From IMG/VR virus record IMGVR_UViG_3300035228_000525, positions 1-59,138 of that record: a stretch of DNA of 59,138 nt. One strand, written 5' to 3'. Position 1 is the stretch's first letter. Each line of letters starts with the position of its first letter. A program made the position numbers and the translations under genes. The notes beneath the pieces are model-generated. The model searched no databases. It was not told the DNA's origin and was given only the letters and a program-made list of their open reading frames with translations. Origin of the DNA: a virus. Lineage: Duplodnaviria; Caudoviricetes. Positions 40,549 to 48,748 of this stretch are shown one piece after another.

Positions 40549-41385
40549 ATGGCTAGAAGAGTAAATTACTTAAACAACAAAGATATTTTAAAAGAAATAC
40601 ACAAATCAAAGAGCACATTTTGTAGCTATACAGAAGAAGGCCATGCGAATTATGACATTATCTTATTAGACGTTGATAAAATTAACATTAGAACTATTGC
40701 AGAAGCAAAACGTAACAAAGCAAAGAAGCTTAGTTCGGCAGAATTTGAACGAAGAAAAGCAAACGGGGAGAAAGTTAAACAAGCAGAGTGTGAAGTCAAG
40801 TACACTAGTATTACTAAAGAAGAATTAATCTTCCGTATAATGACGTTTGATCACATTCCAGAAGAGCCTGGACGTAAAAAGAACCCTAAAACAATAGCAG
40901 ATACAAAAACAAAACTTAATTTTCCTCCATTTAAACATTATAAATTTGACGATAGCGGTAATTTACAACTAGTTGGTAAATCACACTGGCAAGGTGGCAT
41001 GGAAAACGGACATTTTGACAAGACATCAGGTAAAGCTACTAATAAACTTGCTATGATGTGGATGAAATTGTGTGATCGTTATGCAACAAGAGGAAATGTT
41101 CGCGGATACACATATAATGACGAAATGCGAGGACAAGCTATTTTACAATTAGCACAAATTGGCTTACAATTTGACGAATCTAAGTCACAAAATCCATTTG
41201 CTTACTATACTGCGGCTGTAACTAATAGTTTTGTTAGAGTTATTAATATAGAAAAGCGTAATCAAAACATTAGAGACGATATCCTCGAAATGAACGATAT
41301 GAACCCTAGTTTTACAAGACAAAATCAAGGACAATGGGAAGCTGAACAGAAAAGAGAAACTGATAAAATTAATGCGGCAAAATAG
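40549..41385 (+). CDS. gp55: Late-transcription sigma factor (gp55-like)
   Basis: NYLNNKDILKEI..RGNVRGYTYNDEM..FDESKSQNPFAYYT..SFVRVINIEK; synteny with gp47-gp46. Confidence 0.9.
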   Translation: MARRVNYLNNKDILKEIHKSKSTFCSYTEEGHANYDIILLDVDKINIRTIAEAKRNKAKKLSSAEFERRKANGEKVKQAECEVKYTSITKEELIFRIMTFDHIPEEPGRKKNPKTIADTKTKLNFPPFKHYKFDDSGNLQLVGKSHWQGGMENGHFDKTSGKATNKLAMMWMKLCDRYATRGNVRGYTYNDEMRGQAILQLAQIGLQFDESKSQNPFAYYTAAVTNSFVRVINIEKRNQNIRDDILEMNDMNPSFTRQNQGQWEAEQKRETDKINAAK

Positions 41386-41389
41386 GTCG

Positions 41390-41418
41390 TTGACTTTGTT
41401 AAGTTTCTACTGTATAAT
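41390..41418 (+). promoter_or_regulatory. Sigma70-type promoter TTGACT-17-TATAAT
   Basis: TTGACT 41390-41395, TATAAT 41413-41418, then a GAGG RBS before gp47. Confidence 0.85.
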
Positions 41419-41445
41419 GTTAGTTAAATCATAGAGGAATTATAA

Positions 41446-42456
41446 GTGTTTAAAAAAGCGGCGGTTTTTACTGATATCCATTTAGGATTGAAAGGTAATA
41501 GCAAAGTACACAATCAAGATTGCGAAGATTTTGTTGATTGGTTTATTAAAAATGCAAAAGAAAACGGTTGTGAGACTGGGATCTTTTGCGGTGACTGGAA
41601 CCACAATAGAAATAGTTTGAATCTTACTACAATGGATGCAGGAATTCGTTGTTTAGAAAAATTAGGCAAAGCATTTGATAATTTTTACATGTTTGCTGGT
41701 AATCACGACTTGTACTACAAAGATAAACGTGACGTAAAGTCAACAGAATGGGCAAAGCACATTCCTGGTATTGTTGTAGTAGACGAAATACTAGTAAATG
41801 ATGATGTTGCTCTTGTTCCTTGGCTAGTAGGAGACGAATGGCGAAAGATTAAAGATATAAAAGCAAAGTACTTGTTTGGACATTTTGAATTACCTAGTTT
41901 CTATATGAACGCAATGGTACAAATGCCCGATCACGGCGAGTTACGTGCTGAACACTTTGAACATCAAGAGTATGTATTCAGTGGACACTTCCATAAACGA
42001 CAAAAACAAGGTAAAGTACATTATATTGGTAATGCATTTCCGCACAACTATGCTGACGCATGGGACGATGCTCGAGGAATGATGATACTAGATAAAGAAA
42101 ATAGTAAAGAACCCGAGTATATCGACTGGGCCGACTGTCCAAAGTACCGTACAATTAAACTAAGTCAGTTAATTGATGAGCAGGATAAACTTATTAAGCC
42201 TAACATGTACTTAAGAGTTAACTTAGACTTGCCTATTAGTTTTGAAGAAGCTAGTTTTGTTAAAGAAACATTTATTAACCAATATAAATGTAGAGAAATT
42301 AGTTTAATACCGCAAAAACAACTAGAAGAAATTAATACAGAACTAGATATACAGCAATTTGAAAGTGTTGATCAAATTGTTGCTGGCGAAATTGCCGCAA
42401 TCGACTCAGACAACTTCAATAAGAAGATGCTAATGGACATTTATAACGAACTATGA
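41446..42456 (+). CDS. gp47: Recombination nuclease subunit, Mre11/SbcD-like
   Basis: Metallophosphoesterase motifs TDIHLG, CGDW, AGNHD, GHFE, SGHFH; GTG start. Confidence 0.92.
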   Translation: MFKKAAVFTDIHLGLKGNSKVHNQDCEDFVDWFIKNAKENGCETGIFCGDWNHNRNSLNLTTMDAGIRCLEKLGKAFDNFYMFAGNHDLYYKDKRDVKSTEWAKHIPGIVVVDEILVNDDVALVPWLVGDEWRKIKDIKAKYLFGHFELPSFYMNAMVQMPDHGELRAEHFEHQEYVFSGHFHKRQKQGKVHYIGNAFPHNYADAWDDARGMMILDKENSKEPEYIDWADCPKYRTIKLSQLIDEQDKLIKPNMYLRVNLDLPISFEEASFVKETFINQYKCREISLIPQKQLEEINTELDIQQFESVDQIVAGEIAAIDSDNFNKKMLMDIYNEL

Positions 42457-44225
42457 TTAAGATTAAAGATTTAACCGTAAAAAACTTTATGAGTGTGGGT
42501 AATCAGACTCAGGCTGTTGACTTCGATAAAGAAAATTTAACACTTGTTCTAGGTGAAAACTTAGACCAAGGCGGAGACGACACTGGATCACGTAATGGTA
42601 CAGGCAAGACTACTATTATTAATGCATTGAGCTATGCATTGTATGGTACAGCTCTTACAAACATCAAACGCAACAACTTAATCAACAAAACTAACTCAAA
42701 AGGTATGTTAGTTACATTACACTTTGAAAAAAATAATATTGATTACCGTATTGAGCGTGGTAGATCGCCCAATGTACTAAAATTTTATGTTGATAACCAA
42801 GAACAAGAGATGACAGACGAGTCTCAAGGTGATTCACGCAAAACACAAGAGTATATTAACGATTTACTTGACATGAGTCATGATATGTTTAAGCATATAC
42901 TTGCATTAAACACTTATACTGAACCGTTTTTAAGTATGCGTCAAAATGATCAACGTGCTATTATTGAACAGTTGCTCGGTATTACTATTTTAAGTGAAAA
43001 AGCAGACGCACTTAAAGAACAAACACGACAAACCAAAGATGCTATCCAAGAAGAAACATTAAAGATTAATGCTATTCAAAGTGCAAACGAAAAAATTGGT
43101 GCAACTGTCGAAAGTTTACAAAAAACGCAACGTGCATGGCTATCAAAGAAAGATCAAGACGTACAAAAGTTAAGAGTAAGTATCGACGAACTAGAACATT
43201 TAGATATTGACATAGAACTAGAATTACATGAAAAACTAGCAAATTGGACTGAGCATAACAATGCTATTTTGGCTCTTAAAAAAGAATTAAGTACATTAGA
43301 GCCAGCATTAGTACGTGCTGATAAGAGTGTTGAAAAAGCATCTAAAGATATCGCAGATTTAGATGATGCTAAGTGTTATACTTGTGGTCAAGAACTACAT
43401 GCAGACAAAAAAGCAGAGATTTCAGACCGCAAATCTAAAGAACTAGAAGATGCATTAGCCTATCAAAAAGAAATTACTGGTAAAGTAACTGAGGTTATGT
43501 CAGCATTAGATAAAATAGGTGATATAAACGGAAAACCTACTACATTTTATGAAAATGCTAAAGAAGCATACGAACATAGGCAAAATGTTGACAGTTTAAA
43601 AAGTGCATTAACTAATAAAGAACAAGATATTGACCCGTATCAAACACAAATTGACGAATTAAACAATAGTGCTATGCAAGAAGTTAATTGGAGTGTAGTT
43701 AATAGCTTAACTGAGTTTAAAGATCATCAAGACTTCTTATTAAAATTACTCACTAACAAAGATAGCTTCATACGTAAGAAGATTATTGATCAAAACTTAA
43801 TGTATCTTAACAATAGGCTGACATACTACTTAGATAAGTTAGGACTTCCGCATCAAGTAGTGTTTCAAAATGACCTAGCTGTTGAAATTACGCAACTAGG
43901 ACAAGATCTAGACTTTGATAATTTATCAAGAGGAGAACGTAATAGACTTATACTCGGTATGAGCTTTGCATTCCGTGATGTTTGGGAAAGTTTATATCAA
44001 AAAATTAACTTAATGTTTATTGATGAACTTATTGATAGCGGTATGGATACTGCTGGTGTTGAAAATTCACTTAGTGTCCTTAAAAAGATGGGTAGAGAAG
44101 GCGATAAGAACGTTTATCTTATATCCCACAAAGACGAACTTATTGGTAGGGTTAATAATGTAATGAAAGTTATTAAAGAAAACGGGTTTACTAGTTACGA
44201 AAACGATATTGAGATTTTAGAATGA
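42453..44225 (+). CDS. gp46: Recombination ATPase subunit, Rad50/SbcC-like
   Basis: Walker A NGTGKTT, coiled coil with CYTC zinc hook, LSRGE signature, FIDE Walker B, LISH. Confidence 0.93.
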   Translation: MIKIKDLTVKNFMSVGNQTQAVDFDKENLTLVLGENLDQGGDDTGSRNGTGKTTIINALSYALYGTALTNIKRNNLINKTNSKGMLVTLHFEKNNIDYRIERGRSPNVLKFYVDNQEQEMTDESQGDSRKTQEYINDLLDMSHDMFKHILALNTYTEPFLSMRQNDQRAIIEQLLGITILSEKADALKEQTRQTKDAIQEETLKINAIQSANEKIGATVESLQKTQRAWLSKKDQDVQKLRVSIDELEHLDIDIELELHEKLANWTEHNNAILALKKELSTLEPALVRADKSVEKASKDIADLDDAKCYTCGQELHADKKAEISDRKSKELEDALAYQKEITGKVTEVMSALDKIGDINGKPTTFYENAKEAYEHRQNVDSLKSALTNKEQDIDPYQTQIDELNNSAMQEVNWSVVNSLTEFKDHQDFLLKLLTNKDSFIRKKIIDQNLMYLNNRLTYYLDKLGLPHQVVFQNDLAVEITQLGQDLDFDNLSRGERNRLILGMSFAFRDVWESLYQKINLMFIDELIDSGMDTAGVENSLSVLKKMGREGDKNVYLISHKDELIGRVNNVMKVIKENGFTSYENDIEILE

Positions 44226-44425
44226 CAGAAGATCCACATGACTCCTTAGTACAAGCATATTTGTCTTATTTTAAAGCAAACGAAAATTTTGAAGCTAGAA
44301 ATTCTCATAGAACACATGCAGAGAGCAGAAAATGGTTGCGAGAAATAAGAAAATATGCTAAACTTAGAAGTGATGAAATACATCAAAAACACAGAGCCAA
44401 AAAAGAGGCAATTAAAGGCAAGTAA
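44222..44425 (+). CDS. Small basic helical protein (weak resemblance to the Hc1-like phage family)
   Basis: 67 aa, K/R-rich, ATGA overlap with gp46. Family assignment is from memory and tentative. Confidence 0.6.
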   Translation: MTEDPHDSLVQAYLSYFKANENFEARNSHRTHAESRKWLREIRKYAKLRSDEIHQKHRAKKEAIKGK

Positions 44426-44439
44426 TAATAAGTATCCGT

Positions 44440-44871
44440 ATGCAATGGACTTATCAAGGTAAAAAAATAGATGATCTACCCTTAGGGTGTGAAGCATTTG
44501 TTTACTTGATAACAAATAAAGTCAATGGCATGAAGTACGTAGGCAAGAAACTAGCAAAATTTAAGACAACTAAGCCACCACTTAAAGGCAAAAAAAACAA
44601 AAGACGAGGCACTAAAGAAAGTGACTGGAGAAACTATTGGGGATCCAGTGATCGACTTAATGCAGATGTATTAGAGCTCGGTGAGGACAAGTTCACAAGA
44701 GAAATAATTCATATTTGTCCAAGTAGAGGCATTGCAAGTTACTTAGAGGCACGTGAACAATTTGAACGCAGAGTACTTGAAACAGATGATTACTATAATG
44801 GTATTATCAATGTTAGAGTTGGCGGTTCTCAAATACTAAAAGAACACTTAGGCAAATCAAGCAACACATAA
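44440..44871 (+). CDS. GIY-YIG-like endonuclease (short, catalytic domain only)
   Basis: FVYLITNKVNGMKYVGKK (GIY-YIG variant), YWGSS, FTREII, LE, YYN. Confidence 0.75.
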   Translation: MQWTYQGKKIDDLPLGCEAFVYLITNKVNGMKYVGKKLAKFKTTKPPLKGKKNKRRGTKESDWRNYWGSSDRLNADVLELGEDKFTREIIHICPSRGIASYLEAREQFERRVLETDDYYNGIINVRVGGSQILKEHLGKSSNT

Positions 44872-45246
44872 AGTTAGCGGGCTAGTTTATAATACCGCTG
44901 TGTAAAAAGTATCCGTAAAGGAACACACGTAACACATTGAGCCACGTCTGGTAATAAGGCGCAGGATTGATGTAGATTGAATGTTGCCAGTCAAAAAACA
45001 CAACACAGTTCATAAAAACTCTTTAGCAATAGGAACGAAGCGAGAGGTAGCGTAAGCGATGTCGACGTAGGTTGGGTAAGGTCAGAGCCCATTGAACTAA
45101 GTGTATAAACAATTACCTATTTCCAAGTCTCGGCTGTGACGAACTCACATGAAGTCAAGATTAGATGGAACCAGTAAATAGGTTCCGTCTGACTGAAACA
45201 ATCTACATGAAGTATAAACATTAATACATTCGTATTAATGCTTTTT
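44872..45246 (+). ncRNA. Candidate large structured non-coding RNA (~370 nt)
   Basis: No ORF in the track. Perfect 10-bp long-range helix 44970-44979/45199-45208, at least seven local stems with G-U pairs, a GNRA loop, a possible pseudoknot and a terminator-like 3' end. Family not identified. Confidence 0.65.
45219..45246 (+). terminator. Terminator-like hairpin closing the candidate ncRNA
   Basis: CATTAATAC-ATTC-GTATTAATG followed by CTTTTT. The stem is AT-rich, so termination may be weak. Confidence 0.5.
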
Positions 45247-45332
45247 ATATAATTCATATTTAAATCATTTAAATCAAAACGAAGTGTTGTAGTTTGAGTG
45301 TTAACGAAAACTTGTATTAACGAAGTTAATAC

Positions 45333-45340
45333 ACTAAATA
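45333..45340 (+). promoter_or_regulatory. Late promoter-like ACTAAATA
   Basis: TAAATA core followed by AAGGA RBS and ATG 45367. Confidence 0.6.
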
Positions 45341-45366
45341 CAAGTAATAAAGTTTAAGGATTACTC

Positions 45367-45945
45367 ATGAATGTCTATGATATTGTAAATGAAGATAAAA
45401 GAATTGATGAAAAGCCTACTAGTAGTACTATGAATACTCTTAAAGGTCTTGCTGGTAAATTACCTGGTGGTGAGCGTATGCAAGGTAGTGCTGATATGGG
45501 TAAAGAAGCTAATAACTTGTATAAAACTCTAAAAAGATGGCAAGGCATTAATGGCAAAAATGATAAAAACATGACAGCCCAAGACTTTGCACAATTTATG
45601 AAGCAAAATAAATTATCTGCAGGTGGTATGAAGCTACCTGATGGTGTACTTGATAAAAAAACTATTATGGATGTATTGAAGCAGGCCGCACGTAATAAAC
45701 TTACAGGCGGAAATGCGGCTTCTGCACCTAGCGGTGGTGCTGGCGCACCTGGCGCAGAGAAAAATTCTGCAGGCGGTATCTTAGATAAAATGCAAGCTAA
45801 GACTGGTAAAGCAGGAGTTGGTGGCGGAACAGCTGGAGCAAAAGCAGGTCCTACAGGAAAACCTGGCAAGATAAGTCCAGATCTAAAAGCTAAAATTGAT
45901 AAGTTAAATGATGCTCAAAAGAAATCATTAGCAGGGATGTTATAA
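45367..45945 (+). CDS. Hypothetical protein, probable internal head protein
   Basis: Late promoter; N-terminal MNVYDIVNE..IDE resembles prohead-protease-cleaved leaders; basic, Gly/Ala-rich. Confidence 0.6.
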   Translation: MNVYDIVNEDKRIDEKPTSSTMNTLKGLAGKLPGGERMQGSADMGKEANNLYKTLKRWQGINGKNDKNMTAQDFAQFMKQNKLSAGGMKLPDGVLDKKTIMDVLKQAARNKLTGGNAASAPSGGAGAPGAEKNSAGGILDKMQAKTGKAGVGGGTAGAKAGPTGKPGKISPDLKAKIDKLNDAQKKSLAGML

Positions 45946-48515
45946 TGCAAGTTACTGAAATTACAAATTATAATTTAAAATCACAAACTATTTTAAATGA
46001 AAGTTGGAATGTGCTTACTGAGGCACAGCGTATACACATAGGCAATTGGGAGAAAACCCTTTGGCCATTAATGGAAAGCTATAATAAACTTTTAGAAGCT
46101 GAATTAACTCCTCAACAAATTGATGCTATCTTTACATCTGCAGAAGCAAGTGCAACAGCTGGCGGTAATAATAAAACAGCATTAGGCAAAGCTGGCGGTA
46201 GTATTGCTAAACAAACAGCAAAGATAACCGATACACTTAATAAACTAGCAACACAAGCACAAAACAGCGGACCAATTAAAAACTTTGATGCACAGTTTGA
46301 AAAACTTAAATTACAATTAAAGAAACAACTACAAGGCAATCCAGTAGGTCAAAAAGTTCTTAAAGGAATAGAATCTTGGGGAGACTTTGCAAAAGAAAGT
46401 CCTGCTAAGAGTGCATTTATTATTGGTGCAATGACATCATTACTTGCATTTGCAAGTGGTGGAATACTTAGTGGTGCCGCAATTGGTTTCTTTATCAAGA
46501 TGGCAAACAACACTATGAAAGGTGATAAACTTTCTACAGCAGTTGGTAAGGGTGTTAAAGGCGCGGCAATTGGTGCTATTGCAGGTGCATTAGGCGATGC
46601 TATATCAGGAACAGCAGAAGATATGTTCCCAGCAGAGATTACACAAACATTTATGACTACTAATGGCGAGATAGATATAACACAACTAACAGCCATGGGT
46701 GCAAACAGTATTGAAGACTTAGATTCTGAAGCAATTAAAGAACTTATTCAAACACGTACAGCAATGGTACAGATGATACCTGAGTTAGACGCTGAAGCAA
46801 AAGAAGTATTAGATCAACAATTAAAAGCATTAAACGATAAAATATTCGAACTTGAACCAGATGGTGAAAATGTAAAACAAGCAATTGACAATCTTCAAAC
46901 TAAATTTAATATTGAAGGTGAAGGTATTGACGTTGTTGTAAAACAAAACATTACAGGTGACGCAAACGTTACTTTAGCAGATCCAGATAAGTTAGGTGAT
47001 GAAGGCGACTACGGTTCAGGTCCCGAGCAAGATGTAGGTGGCACTGGCAAAGACACAGTTGACACAACAAGTACTGCTGATCCAGACGGAGATGTAGGTG
47101 TTAAAGGAACTGTAAAAGCAGAGTACAGCAAAGAAGAAATGAACCAACTTGGTATGGACACAAGTGAACAACCAACAAGTACAGGAATTACTAAACTCGG
47201 TGATGAATTTGATTTAAGTCCAGAACAAGTTGAAAAACTTCAATCAGTTTATCAAATGGAAAAAGCAGTTTCAACCCGACAATTTATGGGTACAAGTATT
47301 TCCGCTGACACTTCAATAAAAGACTTTGCAGGTAGTACACCACAAGTAATTGACGGTCTTGAAGGCGAGTATGAAGCAGGATCAGTATTTAAAAAGACTA
47401 TTGAAACTAAAATTCCAGGTTCAGACAAACCATGGAGTGCATTAGTTACAGGTTCAGTTGAAGGTGTAGATGCAGAAGGAAATATTGTTTACTCAATGTC
47501 TAAAGTATTTGTAGGTCCGGAAACAATGGACAGTGAATTCTGGGCAATCATTGATTCACTACCAGAAGACCAAAAAGACAGAATGATGGACATGTTTGAT
47601 ACATGGAAAGAAACAGCAGACTTAGAAACAGGCATCGATACATTTAAGCAAGACATGGCTGAAAAAATTATGCAAGGTGCGGCGGCAGTTGCACTTGGAG
47701 GAGCATTAGCAACTGCTGAATTTAAACCAGCACAAGGTGAACTGAATCTTAAAGGTGGACAAGGTGTAAAGAATACAGAATCTATAGATTACGAAGAAGC
47801 ATATACACATTTGTTTGAACAGTTTATTGCCGAAGCACCGCCTAAGCAAGGTGAATTGCCGTTAAACAATCCTAACTCAATTGGTAGTAAGATTGGTAAA
47901 GCCGCAATGGGTGCAGGAAGCAGTTTACTTAAAACTGTAAACAAAGGTGTTGATGCTGTAGGAGCCGCGGCTCAAAAAGGTATAGGTAAAACTGTAGCAG
48001 GTGTTAAAGACGCAGGTAAGCAACTTGCTAATAAAGTTACAAAAGAAAAATTAATGAAGGCATGGAAAAAAGCTGGCGAACCAACTGATACTGGTGCAGT
48101 AATGACCATACTTAGTGATAACGGATTAGCTGACGAACAAATTGTAGCTATTGGACAATCTAATAAAGTTGAACTAGATCCAAAATCAAAAGCACCCGAG
48201 CCTACAGCAGACGAACCAGTTGATGCAGATGGCGACGGATTTGATGATGCAGATGCCAATAAAGATGGAACAGTATCACCTGATGAAAAATCAAAAGCAA
48301 ATTATAGTAGCGGTATGGATAACATAAAGGCTAGTGAAAAAATGTTAGCAAGCCTTGCAGATGAAATTAAGAAAGCTGGCGTTGCGGCAGAAGTAAAAGC
48401 AATGCTACTAGGAACTAAGAAGCCACCAGTAGGTTCACCAGATAAATTAAATGCATCTTATATACCAGGACCAAAAAGTGCACCAGCACCACCAATACCA
48501 GTAGCTGATATTTAA
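45945..48515 (+). CDS. Large hypothetical protein, probable internal/ejection protein
   Basis: 856 aa; (I/L)xE motifs (ILNE, VLTE, LLEAE, FIAE), hydrophobic Gly/Ala segments near aa 155-225, EF-hand-like DANKDGTVSPDE. Confidence 0.6.
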   Translation: MQVTEITNYNLKSQTILNESWNVLTEAQRIHIGNWEKTLWPLMESYNKLLEAELTPQQIDAIFTSAEASATAGGNNKTALGKAGGSIAKQTAKITDTLNKLATQAQNSGPIKNFDAQFEKLKLQLKKQLQGNPVGQKVLKGIESWGDFAKESPAKSAFIIGAMTSLLAFASGGILSGAAIGFFIKMANNTMKGDKLSTAVGKGVKGAAIGAIAGALGDAISGTAEDMFPAEITQTFMTTNGEIDITQLTAMGANSIEDLDSEAIKELIQTRTAMVQMIPELDAEAKEVLDQQLKALNDKIFELEPDGENVKQAIDNLQTKFNIEGEGIDVVVKQNITGDANVTLADPDKLGDEGDYGSGPEQDVGGTGKDTVDTTSTADPDGDVGVKGTVKAEYSKEEMNQLGMDTSEQPTSTGITKLGDEFDLSPEQVEKLQSVYQMEKAVSTRQFMGTSISADTSIKDFAGSTPQVIDGLEGEYEAGSVFKKTIETKIPGSDKPWSALVTGSVEGVDAEGNIVYSMSKVFVGPETMDSEFWAIIDSLPEDQKDRMMDMFDTWKETADLETGIDTFKQDMAEKIMQGAAAVALGGALATAEFKPAQGELNLKGGQGVKNTESIDYEEAYTHLFEQFIAEAPPKQGELPLNNPNSIGSKIGKAAMGAGSSLLKTVNKGVDAVGAAAQKGIGKTVAGVKDAGKQLANKVTKEKLMKAWKKAGEPTDTGAVMTILSDNGLADEQIVAIGQSNKVELDPKSKAPEPTADEPVDADGDGFDDADANKDGTVSPDEKSKANYSSGMDNIKASEKMLASLADEIKKAGVAAEVKAMLLGTKKPPVGSPDKLNASYIPGPKSAPAPPIPVADI

Positions 48516-48748
48516 ATTAACGGCAATCCAGATTTTTTAGTATCTTCGTAATTTTCTTTAACAATATCGTTAATAAGACTTCGATCCTCGTGACTAAGCA
48601 TAAATGCTTCGTCCATGCTGATACTTCCTCGCATATACCACATTAATTTTAGTACTGAATGGCGGAATTCTTTAGCTTGTCCTTTAAGGTCTTCTACTTC
48701 TCTTAGGATCTCGTCAATTGACCAATTAAGGATCCTTAGGCGAAAAAA
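48512..48748 (-). CDS. gp51-like baseplate hub assembly/tail chaperone segment (-1 frame of the gp26-like gene)
   Basis: Not in the track; hand translation FFRLRILNWSIDEILREVEDLKGQAKEFRHSVLKLMWYMRGSISMDEAFMLSHEDRSLINDIVKENYEDTKKSGLPLI*. Fills the gap exactly to the convergent stop; first ATG only at 48643. Confidence 0.7.
   Translation of the reverse strand, partial: FFRLRILNWSIDEILREVEDLKGQAKEFRHSVLKLMWYMRGSISMDEAFMLSHEDRSLINDIVKENYEDTKKSGLPLI

Noticed and set aside
44440-44871. Mobile homing endonuclease element
   Set aside because: Not inside an intron or intein, and it lacks the C-terminal recognition domains typical of Seg/I-Tev enzymes, so mobility is unsupported.
44872-45246. Group I intron, RNase P RNA, tmRNA or tRNA identity for the structured element
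   Set aside because: It does not interrupt a gene. I could not find the group I P7/J8-7 consensus, the RNase P GAGGAAAGUCC motif, or a tRNA-like acceptor/T-arm. Judged by eye only; cmscan is still needed.
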